From Selaginella moellendorffii (lineage: Eukaryota > Plantae > Lycopodiophyta), in assembly GCF_000143415.4 (NCBI RefSeq), contig NW_003314268.1:139117-203116 (forward strand): a stretch of DNA of 64,000 nt, written 5' to 3'. The notes beneath the pieces were generated by a model, which saw only the letters and a list, made by a program, of their open reading frames with translations, searched no databases and was not told where the DNA came from. How positions within the stretch are numbered: the stretch's first letter is position 1; the number at the start of each line of letters is the position of its first letter. A program made the translations under genes and the position numbers. Positions 24,682-36,632 of the stretch are shown piece after piece.

Positions 24682-26180
24682 AGCTGAGGTATGCCTGTCT
24701 TGATGCGTTTACACATATCATCATCTAACTGCTGGACTATGCCCAGACTGAAGTAGAAGAAGACCAACGAAAAAGAAGGAACGAAGAAGGGCCAACGTGA
24801 GGCTGAAAATATGACTGTGGAAGCATACACAGCATTAGTGCTGGCTTTCATTAAGCATCATGTCCTTCCAGGCCAAATAACAAAATTACCTCATCTCTTT
24901 GATCGCGAGCAGTCCTGCTTTGCAACAGGAGCTTGTGTCTTTCCAGCCACCATCTTTTGCAGCCCACTCCCTGCTCTTGCATGTCCCACACCATGGCCTG
25001 TAACTTCTTTGCCATGATCAGCCAAAGTGACTAGTCAATGTTGCAGATGAGTTTCTACCTGAACGTGCATGGAGATGACCATTGCATTGAAGATTCAGTC
25101 CTGAATCCTCTAAGTCATCCCTGGCAGCCAGTGTCCACTCGCATGCTCTTCCACGGCCATCAGTTGATCACGGGTGGTCATCTGAACTTGTTCCAATCCA
25201 TCTTTTTCTTCATTCACAATCACTACTGAGTCATCTGAAGCTCGTTTGCACTGATGTCTTTGCACTTCCCTGGCTCTCTACCTTTGGCAGTCTGGTATAA
25301 GGAGTTAAGAATACAACTCCATAAAGCAAATAACTTTACCGTCCATGTTCACGTTTGTCGTTGTAGTTCACACCCCATGACTTTTTTGAAGTCGACTGGA
25401 TCGCACATCGCTCCCGGTCGTCAACTTTCAAGGAAGCTGGACGTTGCCAATCGCTCGCGAGATTGGGATCGACAACGTGATCGCTGAAGCACAGCCCAGC
25501 GTCAAAGCCGATAGAGCTGGTCTGTCTCAACATCCTCCTCTTCAACAATGGGACAGTGAACAGGGTTGTCGTGCGGTGCTGCTCTCTGGACGCAGAAACT
25601 CCCAAGGCATCACCTGACCAGCAGAGATTTCATTTGGCCGCCTTTGATCTACCTTCGGATTTTTCCTGCATCTGAGGTGTCCACATTAGAAAGAAGAGAA
25701 AGATCAGACAAGCAAAACCATGAAGTTTAGGGTATACAGCCTGGCAGGCGCAGGTAATTTCATGACTTCATACACATCCATACTCCCCTCCGCCACCTTT
25801 GGAATTCCTGCCTGAACCGTTGCTTTCACGTAGAATTGGAAAGCAGTCAAAACGCTCCATAAGGATGTTGTTGTAACCCTCGTACTTCTTCCAGTTTGTT
25901 TGGCTTGGGTTTATGTAGGACTTCGTACTTGTCAACCGAAATCCAATGTCGGGTACCGTACATAGATATTTAAGTTCTGATTTGAGAAGAGGGAGGGGAG
26001 GGTTCAGAAACTGAAACCCAAGCGCATCAATTTCCGTTCCACATCTTACTCACAGTCCTCCAACAAATGCAGGACACGACCTCGATCTCGTACTCTATTC
26101 TCGTCGGACGACGCCCACACATTCCACAGTTGATCTCGATGCTTTGTCTGGACAATTCCTACAAATGCCATCAAAGAGTA

Positions 26181-29100
26181 AATAAGTTGGTGTATGATGA
26201 GTTGCACATCTCCAACGAAAGTGACTTGCCTAAACTTGAGATCTGTGGCCAACTTCATGGCACTAATAGCCACAAGTACTCTGTTTCATTAGCTGATGTT
26301 GCTGGCAAAGTAATAGAGAGGTCAGCTACTTTGTTCTCCGCAGAATCAATCATCTAAACTCCAATGCCGGCAACTTGGTTTTTGGGGTAGAAAGCACCGT
26401 CAAAATAAGCTGTAATCATAGGAGTGTCCTCTTCTTCAAATAAAGGACACCACATCTGGCAAGACCGTCTTTGGCAAGTCTAGCAAGAACATTGCTGTTG
26501 GATCTGGAGTCTTTGTCTGTTGTTCTCTTTGCTTCTAATGCTCTAAGCGCTCAATTTCCAATGCAAAGACTATGGCCAAGTATTCTGCAAGTGGAGGAAG
26601 TTCCTCCACTGAAGTCAAGTCCAAGTTTGGTGCTAAAGTTTCAGTGTAATACACTTGGATTTGTACCGGGAGCTCCATGGTAGGAAATTTTGAACTCAAA
26701 GAGCTATAACTCGCATGTAGCACGTTCAATTGACTTGATTCTTTCTACCAGTTGTGTGTCTGGATGTCATCTTCTGTCTCCAAGGAACAGCATGGCAAAA
26801 TACGCTTAGAGTCATTTTAGTAGGAAGATGCTGGCTGTGTGACACCTCAGACAATTGCTGAGGAGGATTGAGTTCGGCTGTGTCTTGTGAAAGATGGACT
26901 TGTTCTGGAGTGATTGTGTCCTCAAGCTCCATAAGAGAGAGTTGGTCCCATACAAGAAACAAATTGAGAAGCCCTTCCTTTGTCAAGAAACACTCCGAAA
27001 AGCTGGATATAGGAGTCTGTACCCTATAAGCCCCACCATCGAATAAAGAGGGCATGGCTAAAGGCTTGGCCTTACTCTCAAATAAAGAGAGTGAGGCTAT
27101 TTGACTCACCTCTAGCAACATCGATTGCATTGCATGAGAAAGCATTCGTCATATAGATGGTCGACTCCACCGCCAACTCAAGAAAAACCTCTGTGAGCTC
27201 AAGAGGAAAGTGTGGTGTGAAGGCCATCTTAGTCTGAGCCTGCTGGGCTTGCTGAGAAAAAACTCTGCTGTGGTTGTTGAGAAAGGTGGCGCTATGGGTT
27301 CCATCGCTAATTTCCATCTTGCCTTATGTGCTGTTAATGATGCAATGGGCTGTGACTTGCCATGAGCGGCCAAGGATGATAGAGTCCTTCAAAAAGGACA
27401 TTCCAAAATGTTGGTAGTCAACCATGAGGAAATTTACCTCAGAACTAACACCCTGCACTAAGACTTTGACACCACAGCAAATGCCTGTTGGAGGAATAGT
27501 GTGGTTGGCGAAGGTCTTGAGCACGATGGAGGAGCTCTCAGTGATCTGTAGCTGTGATGAGAGGGCAGCTTCAAGAGAGATAATGTTGCTTCTAGAACCA
27601 GAGTCAACCAAAGCATCCATCCTACAAGAGGAAGTACCAATCTGCACCAGGACGAAGAATGGACCAGGATCCCCACCATATTTTGTCATGTCGACAATGT
27701 GCACCTCTTGAGGAGTCCTCTTGAGAGTGCTCTTTGGTGTTCCTGACCTTGCAAACTCCTCTAAATGCTGGCCAAATCTTGGGATAAGACTCAACATGTT
27801 TTGGAGCGAAAAGGTGACAGGAGTGTCAACCAGCTATTGAAGAACCATCTCTAGAATAGGAATAGATGTTGATGAGATCTCAGGGGGAGAAGAGAGTAGT
27901 GACTTGAAGGGGAGCTTACAAGCCACCCTCTATGTCATTGGATTTGGTGCTGACAAAGATTCACTCTCAATCGACATTGGGGGATCGATGCCGGGCTGAG
28001 CGGCTGCCTTCTTCTTCACTTGGGCTTGAGTGGCTGCGGTTTGCTGCTGTTGCCTATAGAGATCCTCGGCTACCAAAATCGTGTTGACTGATGAGGCTGG
28101 TGCCTTGCCTTTGCGTGACGAAGGGGCTGCCTCAATTGCTTGTCGCTCCAACTGCTCCTGATATGTCTCTGGACTCTGAGATGATGTGGAATTATCAGTG
28201 AAGGGATGTTGTTGGACACGTTGAGAAGATGGAAGCTGAAGCTTTGGGTGAAGCTTGAAGTAGTGCTGCGTGTTGTGTGTGTTTGTCTCGCAGTGAGTGC
28301 ACCAACGGGACTTAAATCTATATTCCTGAGCTATAGCAGCCTCTTTCCTGGACTCCACTAGCTCTTGGAGCAATTTGTCATGGTGTGATTGCTGCTGAAG
28401 AATGATCTCCTTCGGCTGCCGCATCTCGTTGGCAAAGTTTTCAATAGCCAGAGGTGTATACTCAATAGCGACAGGCTTTGGTGTGGACAGGCGAATAGCT
28501 GCACAAGGTGACTCTGACGGGGTGATAGCTTGGTCAAAATCAACTTTAGCGATCCCCAGGTTGACAAGGAGCTCTCTTTCCAGCTTTGTGGCTAACGAAA
28601 ATGCCTCGCGACAAGACTTGAATGTCTTCTTAAGAAGTTTCTGCTACAAGTTCCCCCGCAGAACTGCTGTGAATGCCGTGATCCCCTGTTGCTCATCTTG
28701 GACCACTCTACGATCCTAACACTGCTTCCAGTATGCTCAAAATTGAGTGATATAGTTAGGAACAGACTTGTGAGCACCCTTTCGGAACGAAAAGAGGTCA
28801 ACAATTGTGGGTTTTTCTTCAACGAAACGTTCTTTGAAAGAAGCAAGTAGTGTCTGGAAGTCTGTCCGGTCCTCTAGGAGGAGAGAATCTGCCCAAGTTC
28901 CTACTTTGCCTTCGAGAGACTGCAAAAAGTCATGGCACATACAATCATCATCGACGATCATGTTTGTCGTGCAATAGTAATCAAAGCGACTGATATGCAA
29001 TGTTGGAGAGATTGTTCCAACACCTGAGAAGGTCGGCAAATCACTCCTCTTTTGCAAAAGATGGAGTTGAGGTCAAACTAAAGGTGGCTACACCATAGTT

Positions 29101-29230
29101 CGTAGATCTAAGTCACTAGAATCTGCTGAGGATGAAGAGGACTCGGCCCGAGAAGGTGTTGTGTCATACCTAAACTACCTTTGAATATTAGAAAGTTTAC
29201 TCCGTACCTTAGGGCCTTGAGGTATGGTAA
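26181..29230 (-). mobile_element. Tat-like Gypsy element C, 5' half: gag, zinc knuckle, protease, archaeal-type RNase H N-terminus
   Basis: Gag ORF 28737-29057 (LPTFSG...FLQSLEG..W); WCTHCETNTH knuckle; protease ALVDSGS (27324-27797); aRH ITAYFDGAF at about 26395-26420 and VGDVQLIIHQL ending at about 26184. Confidence 0.85.
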
Positions 29231-29531
29231 AAGGGTGCCAATTTGTTGCACGTCTAGTTTGTACCAGCATTAAATACCCTAAACACTACAAATGCCTGGT
29301 CAAGGCAACTGGGTTGACAGGAACAAGAAGACTATAAGCTAGCGCTCAAGTTGCTCAAAGTTGCCCAAAATGCCTGTGATGAGCACATATAACCGTTGGC
29401 CTGTAGAGTAAGTGCTGACCTCTCAGAGTAGCTGGTAATTGGTAACCAGTAACTAGTAACCAGTAACTAGGAACCTGTAACCTGTAACCGGTAACCCCTT
29501 CCTCTCGCTCCTACTCCCGCATATTCCAACA
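29231..29531 (-). mobile_element. PBS and probable 5' LTR of element C
   Basis: On the - strand, ...TGCAACA followed by AAT TGGCACCCTT (PBS-like); TGTTG...CAACA ends at 29244-29531; shares the 7-bp repeat block with 12196-12327. Confidence 0.55.
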
Positions 29532-30259
29532 CTGACTCCTAACTTTACGCCAACTCCTGTTCCTGTTCCTACGCCTGCTCCTGCTCCTTGAAGATTGCTT
29601 CGTTCTCAAGGAACCCCCAACAAAGTTTAGCCCAAAAGAGAAAAATGAGTCCTCTGGTCTCGATCCTTCCCCATTTTAACTGTTGGTGGGCTCGTTGGAA
29701 AGGGCTTAGCCCCATCTACAATATTCCCCAAAATCCAAGAATATTGTGGAAAAACATTTGCATGTCACTGATGTAAATTAATAATAAGACACCATTGGTA
29801 TTTTCGGAAAACCTAGGACCAGGAGCACCTCTAGAGACAAGCAGCATCCAAAACAAAGCCCGAAGAGGCACAAATTCCTACTACAAAAATGACCCAATCT
29901 AGCTGGAGAAGAAAATCCTTCTACATGCTACCAATTTGGCCAAATCTAGCACCAAGAATCAACTCGTAGATTTAGGCCAGATTTATAAGCCCAAATGCAT
30001 TACTTTAAGAAATTGGGCCAAGGATCTAGGCGAGAAAGTGAAAACCCTAAATTGTTCCTCAAACTAAGCTAAGAAACGTTGTATCTCTTTAAATACAACA
30101 CCGCTTGATGAGTGCCATACCTTGCTAGAAAGAGGAGCTTCAAACTTATCTAGCACACCCAAGATTAAACAAAACCACCGTAAGACGAACAAGAAATTCC
30201 TTCCCAAATTCTGCAGCCAAAAGAGAAAGAGAGAAATAATGTCTCCGAAAGTGCTGCGC

Positions 30260-30457
30260 GTCACGCCGGATTCACCATTTGTTGGGGGAAGGAGGGGCAC
30301 CTCCCCCAACGCTCGCTCAAACACGAGAAATGCTTCAATACTCTTCACAAAAATGCCCCCCCTTGCCCCTGTGGGGCAAGGGTTTTATACAAGGAAGATG
30401 GGGAATATTCTAAGGACTAGAATATTCCCTCTCTCTCTCGATGGCCACGCCCTAATA
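30260..30457 (-). mobile_element. 5' LTR (30280-30457) and PBS of nested element B
   Basis: Homolog of 11526-11711; PBS-like TGGTGAATCCGGCG 2 nt inside the LTR; right flank ATGG matches the left flank of 11526. Confidence 0.8.
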
Positions 30458-31060
30458 ATGGATGATAGCAATGAGAGTGATCACAACAACAATGATGATG
30501 AATTCTGATAGAAGCTTGACAAGTTCAAGAATGAGTTCTCTGGGTTCCCAACAGCAACAAAACAGCCCAATGCCATAGAGCAATAAGAGCTTTGAGACAA
30601 AGCTTAGTTTAGTCATGGGAGAAAAGAGGAGCACATGAAATCAACTTTGCATTTAGAAGCATCATCTTGAGTCTTAAGACTCAAACTTTGAGATTCAAGA
30701 ACAAGAAGAAATGGTGGTTGCCACCATATATGATTAGTTAAGGAGCACTCAAACCCTATCCTTATCTCTTTTCTACTTTGGCCTTCCATCATCAATACAT
30801 GTCCATATACTCAAGATTTAAAATACTCAAGTGATGTTAAACCTATCTTTGCTCATGACCTTGACAAAAGCTTTCTTAAGGATTGAAGGATTAGAGTCAC
30901 TCTTCTTTCTTACTCTCTATGTATTTATTGTGTCTCAAAATCAAATGAAGCAAGCATAATAGCGAATATCACTCCTCTCTTCTTTTTCTCTTTCACTCTT
31001 TTTTTTTTTTTTTCTTTCTTTTACGATATAGGCTTTTAATCAAATTTTTCCACTAGCCAA
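30458..31060 (+). mobile_element. Continuation of Gypsy element A (end of extra ORF and 3' UTR)
   Basis: Joining across the ATGG TSD restores KQLSILMDDSNESDHNNNDDEF*; homologous to about 690-1040. Confidence 0.7.
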
Positions 31061-31067
31061 AGGCACA

Positions 31068-31305
31068 TTAGACTTTTTAAATGTCAATTTGAATATATCA
31101 TATGGTTCCTCTATCCAACTAATAAAGTTAGACTCGAGACCATTTTGATACCAAATGTAAACTTTTAAATATGAATTTCCTGGGAGGCTAGTACTTGACA
31201 ATTAACCCTAAATATCCCAAGACCCTTAATTAAAACTTTTATTCATAGGCCATTTATCTCTATATTTGAACTTGTCTCTTAAATTGTTCCTTTTGGTTAC
31301 TTACA
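31068..31305 (-). mobile_element. Degenerate truncated Cassandra-type TRIM (part of internal domain, PBS and LTR 31156-31305)
   Basis: GATACCAAATGTAA...CCCAAGACCCTTAA...GGTTACTTACA is homologous to about 5960-6243. Confidence 0.75.
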
Positions 31306-33062
31306 ATGTGAACACTTAAATATAAAATTGTCTATTTGGAAAGGTTTTTAAACCATTGCCAAATATTGTTCTTTGAGGATTTAATAACAAGTTTAATTTG
31401 GTATTTGGTATTCATTAATTGAAGTTCATGATCATAGCAAATATATTTAACTCATAATTAATGAATTCACAAAAATAAACATGGATTTACAACATATGCT
31501 CTTGAAATTCTTTCCTTATAGAATTTATAAATAAAAAATAAAATTAGGCATATTCAATTTTTATCATAAATTTTTAAGTAAAAATTTATCTCACTATATG
31601 TTATTTCCCTTTGTTATCATAAAAAAAACATAGGAAAAATAGTGTAATTAAATGATATTACATATTGTTTATTGAAACACATTAAAGTTGTAGTGAAGTC
31701 TCCTTTCAATAGTTGTGGCATCTTTGGTTGAATTTAAGAAAGTCTCAAACTAATGTGTATTTAGAACAATTTTTATTTTACCACTTTATTTATTTTAGAG
31801 AAAAAGAAAAGTTATGAGTTTAAGTTCTAAATTGAAGCTACTTACATAGTTGTATATCTTTATTATAAACTTTCTAGATGGTCAAATAAAATAATATAAA
31901 CATTTAATATAAGTTTTAAAATAAATCTAAAAATTGTACAATATTTGGTTATATTCTAAATGACAAAAATTTCTATCATATTTAATTATTTACTATATAA
32001 ACTTTTGATTGGTTTGTGTCTCCACAAGATACAGATTGTGCATCACCAAAAAAGAAAAAGGGGATGATATGATTGTATATATGGCCTGAAAAAATTTATC
32101 ATTTAATAATTGGCATTCTCAAAGTCAAAAGTGATGCAAAAAGAAGGCTTAATTATATATCATGAGTATATAAATACTAATTTAAATTTTAGAAAAATTT
32201 AAAGTAGATAATTCTTTTGAGTGCTTCTTAGAGAAAAATGATTTATTCTTTCAGCAAGTGGCTAGTATTGCAATATAATCAATTGAATCATCATACTCAT
32301 TATTTGATTCAAATTCAAAATCTAAAAATTAAATGATGATTCAGAATAATCATATTGACAAATTTGCAATTTTATAGCATTTAAATAATATCTTTTTCAA
32401 CATCTTGGAAGCAACTATATTTATTATATTACTACTTATAAAGTAATTGTTGTTGATGAGCCACACACTCTAATTAAAAAAGCATTGTTAATGAAGAAGC
32501 AACCAAGACTATTAAGTCACTGGTAGAGACACTCAAGTGGATGCACTCTAAATTTTAGTAACAATATTTAGCTCTTAACTAAATATACAAGCTATATTTT
32601 AATATATTTAAAGTTAATTATTAAATTTAAAGCACAAATTATAACCAAAAGATATTCTTAAAGGGATGGGTTTTATGGCCAAGCTCACTTCTATTTGCCA
32701 TTACAACTTTTTGTGATCTAAACATTCATCAAATAAATGTGAAGAATCCATTTCTCAATAAAGACATTGATTACACAATTAAAAGATTTTGAAAAAAAAT
32801 GCAAAAAAAATCTAAAAAAAGCACCACATAATTTGTATAATATGATTAACAAGTTTATATTATTGGATTTATAAGAACAGAGATAGATTAGAATGTTTAC
32901 ATTCATTATAATTAATAAAAAAATTTAATCAGTTAAAACCTTGAGTCTTCATCCACCTTTTACCAAATTAATTGTAACTACTTTAAGTTTGGAAAAAAGT
33001 TGTGGAGTATATCCTTGTTATGTTTATCAAATTGAGTTAGCTCTCTTTTTTTTCGAATATAT

Positions 33063-33726
33063 AACTTAGTTTCAGCCACAATATATTAATATTGGGGCTG
33101 TTTGTTGTCTTTCTTCCATAAAATTACTATAAGTGAGGTATGCAAAATCAATTAAAAATTAATGAGTAGAAGTAGTTACATGTAAGGAAGCTTTCCAAGC
33201 TTATAATGCTAGGGGTTATTTGACATTAAAATTTCCTTCCCAAGCTCAAGATTTGGCTCAGAGTTTTATTGAAAAGACTAAAGGAAAATGTTGCTTATTT
33301 TGTATTTTTGCACAGCTACTTCTAATCCTTGCTTGTAAAAACTCTTTGAAGCTTTCCTTGCAACAAGTCTAATTTATTTTTTGATTTTCTTTTTCTCCCT
33401 CTCAACTTTTTGTGCTTCTTTTGCTATTACTACTTGTTCTACTTTAAGTTGCCTCATTATTGCCTTCTCCCATGAGCTCTTCTTATTAACTATCTTTTTA
33501 TTTCCTTTGCATTAGCTTTCTCAATTGTTATAACCTTTTATTCTGCTTTTCTTCTTGCACATTGTATGAAACTTGGGCTTAGACCAGATGCAGAACAAAT
33601 GTAGACACACAAGTGCAAGCTAAACTATGCTTCAAGTTGATTGGTTATACATAACCTACCTAACTTTATAGAAGAGAGACACAACAACTAGCTCCAATAT
33701 TGATATATTATAGCTGAAATTAAGCT
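33063..33726. mobile_element. Degenerate TIR element (MITE/MULE-like) with about 60-100-bp imperfect inverted termini
   Basis: TTCAGCCACAATATATTAATATTGGGGCTGTTTGTTGT (33071) matches the reverse complement of about 33680-33718. Confidence 0.55.
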
Positions 33727-34222
33727 TTTTGTTATTGGTTCCTAGTTGCCCTAAAACTCAGAGTGATTGACTAGGGTTTTAAAATGGTTAAGCTTATATT
33801 TTTGTACTGTTTTTCTCGCTTGATTATAATGAATATATATGAATTTCCACCTTAAAAAAAGTTTTAGAGATAGCCCATACTAAGCATATACCATGAGAAA
33901 AAAAATTGGATTCGTACTCATGTTGAAATTCTAATTAGTTGGAGAATAACCCCCCTTAATGAAATTTTTATTGAGCTATTTTTAAGTGTGATAAATGCTT
34001 GTTTAAGCAATAATAACTAAGTATAATAGGTTTATTCCTCACAATATATATTAAGCTAAACAATCCCAAAATGCTAAATTGCATCACTAACTCAAATGGC
34101 CCTTGACAAAGATGATACAATTGTTAGAAGACATTGTCGCAATTGTTAGCATGTTCAAATATATGTTTAAAGATGTCTAAGAAAATGCTCCAATTCATAT
34201 GAGTGGCTGCATTTAAACTATT

Positions 34223-35116
34223 ATACCACTACAACACCATCCTTTAGAAGCACGTGGGAAACTCATATAATTGCTGAGCATCATCCTAAGAATGATAGAT
34301 AACAATCACTATAAAGCAATCTAACCAATGGTACATATCATCCCCAAGATTCCTATTGAAGAACTTCAGCCAAACGTGAAGATTGATAGTAAGAGTATGA
34401 GGAGTTGTACCATACACTATGAATGTCATTATCAACTGAGTTTAATTATTCAATTGCAACCGTATAGCATTAAACAATTACACTAACTGTTGCTCTAGAG
34501 TCAAAGAAGGAAGAAACTACTACTCTACTATAAAGATGAATAAAATGGAAAAAAATTCAAAGAGAAAAAATTGAAAAAGTTATAAAGAAAATGAAATCCA
34601 AACAATGCAAAGCTAAATTTAATCTAAAATCCAAAATCCAAACACTCCTTAGGAACAATCAAAGTTATATTTCACCTCCACATGGAATATAAAAAGAAAA
34701 TACTGAAATGTACATATCTATTAACTCAAAAATTTAGCTTATACATAAGAGCAAATAATCCAAATAAAAACCAATCTAATAGCTATCAAAATCCTATTAA
34801 GTTAATTTTAGTGTACAGCCATTAATATTAATATACAACATCATATTTAGACCTCACATCATTTTCTCTCTCATATGTGTATATGTGTATATATATATGT
34901 ATATATATGTGTAGATATATATTATATAAGCTCATACCACTACAACACCATCCTTTAGAGGCATGTGGGAACTCATATAATTGCTAAGCATCATCCCAAG
35001 AATGATAGATAACAATTACTATAAAGCAATCTAACTAATGGTACATATTATCCTTAAGATTCCTATTGAAGAACTTCGGCCAAACGTGAAAATTGATAGT
35101 AAGAGTACGAGGAGTT
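34223..35116. repeat. ~184-bp direct repeat pair (34223-34406, 34934-35116); second copy flanked by TA/TG microsatellites
   Basis: ATACCACTACAACACCATCCTTTAGA...AAGAGTA(T/C)GAGGAGTT occurs twice; (TA)n-rich tracts at about 34872-34927 and 35128-35221. Confidence 0.88.
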
Positions 35117-35274
35117 CTCTTCCCCGGCTATACATACATGTGTATATGTGTATGTGTATATATATATGTATATACATATACATATATCTATATATGTGTA
35201 TGTGTATATGTGTATGTGTATAAATTTAATTCTTATTTGGTGTACCTTTAAAAACCATCGAATGAACAATTAAA

Positions 35275-36462
35275 TTAACTAGGAGAAGATAATTTGCACA
35301 CGTCTTCATAGGGAAGACCACCAACAATGCTACCTCGGTGAGGTCCATTGCTAATCTCCACCGTGACCGAGAACTTGTCCTCCTCACAAGACACGAGCTT
35401 GGCATCGCAGCCAGCGTGTGATCCATTCACCACTCTCACGCTGCGACCAATCTGTGGGATCACAGTCTCCAGCTCCGACTGATGCACCCTGATCACCTCG
35501 CCATGACCCTCAAGCATCTCAATCTCCCCGGTAACCTTCTCACTCGCCACGCTCTTCACAACCCCTTTCTTCTTGTAGTAAGCTCCGCTCTTGAGCTTCT
35601 TGGCCATCACCTTGACCACCAATCTCTCGCTCAGCCAGCAAAACGGAGGAGCTTTTTGCGACGAGGACGAGCCAATCGATCCTCCAAAAGTTGCTGCCGC
35701 TGGTGGCCGAGGAAGCGGTGGAAGATTGCTGCTTTTCTTCTTGGAGAAACTAAACGCCACCTTCACATCACCAGTCGGACCTGCTCTCTCTTCCTCGCCA
35801 CCATCTTTTCCATCTTTTTCTTGCTCGACACTGTCTTGCTTCTCTTCGTCTTCCTCGTCTTCCAAGCCTTGGGACTTCTCCTTCTTCTCCCCTTTGGCTC
35901 CCACTTCCATCAGGCAACGCTCCCTTTGCAGCTGAATCTCCCTCTCGTGCCGCTCGATATCCGCAGCCTCGCCGCTAGCTCGTTTCCTCTTGAGACCCTC
36001 CTTGAACTGCGTCTCTGGATGATCCGGATCCTCGAGAAATCGCAAGTGGAGACCCTTCTCGGTCTCCTCGAGCTTGCATTTCCCAGTCTGGCCTAGATGC
36101 TCTACGAATTCCGAGAGAGTAGCCCACCTTGTGCCGTTCATCCGGACGTGATTCCTCTCCCGCGTGATCTGGTTGTACACCACATTCGGCGGCACACTCG
36201 TCGATCGGTAGCAGCGCCGCATGTACTCCATGAATTTGTCCTCAAACCTCTGCGAGTACTCCTCGATCAGCTGGTCGCCCTTCTCTGCGAAGAGCTCCAT
36301 GTTGCGGATGTGACCCTCGCTCTCGCAGTGGCACTTGAATCCATTCTGGTCGCGGCATTGCTTGCGGCACATCTGGCAGTAGAGCCACTGCTTGCCTAAG
36401 CCCTTGGCCTTGAGGCGCTTGGCGATCGCCTTGGGCGTGAGATATGGCGCATCGTGCCCCAT
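35275..36462 (-). CDS. KIN17: DNA/RNA-binding protein KIN17 homolog, intronless
   Basis: TPKAIAKRLKAKGL, WLYCQMCRKQCRDQNGFKCHCESEGH zinc finger, MNGTRWATLSEF winged helix, C-terminal KOW/SH3-like region ending YEDVCKL. Confidence 0.95.
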   Translation of the reverse strand: MGHDAPYLTPKAIAKRLKAKGLGKQWLYCQMCRKQCRDQNGFKCHCESEGHIRNMELFAEKGDQLIEEYSQRFEDKFMEYMRRCYRSTSVPPNVVYNQITRERNHVRMNGTRWATLSEFVEHLGQTGKCKLEETEKGLHLRFLEDPDHPETQFKEGLKRKRASGEAADIERHEREIQLQRERCLMEVGAKGEKKEKSQGLEDEEDEEKQDSVEQEKDGKDGGEEERAGPTGDVKVAFSFSKKKSSNLPPLPRPPAAATFGGSIGSSSSQKAPPFCWLSERLVVKVMAKKLKSGAYYKKKGVVKSVASEKVTGEIEMLEGHGEVIRVHQSELETVIPQIGRSVRVVNGSHAGCDAKLVSCEEDKFSVTVEISNGPHRGSIVGGLPYEDVCKLSSPS

Positions 36463-36632
36463 GTCCCTCGCTCTCTCCGCGCAAGAACCCTAAAATCCGA
36501 GCCCTAAAAAGGGCAAAAAGAAGGATTTGGTATTTAGGGTTCTTGGGGAAAATGAAAATATTTCCTTTCGTCTGTTCTGGCCGCCCTCGCCTGTGAGTGG
36601 ACACTGGAGGGGATCTCTCGCAGCTCGCGGCA

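Noticed and set aside
31400-33000. hAT-like transposase remnants
   Set aside because: No motif could be read reliably.
35275-36462. KIN17 as a recent retrocopy
   Set aside because: No poly(A) tail or TSD; it shares a normal divergent promoter with DUF707.
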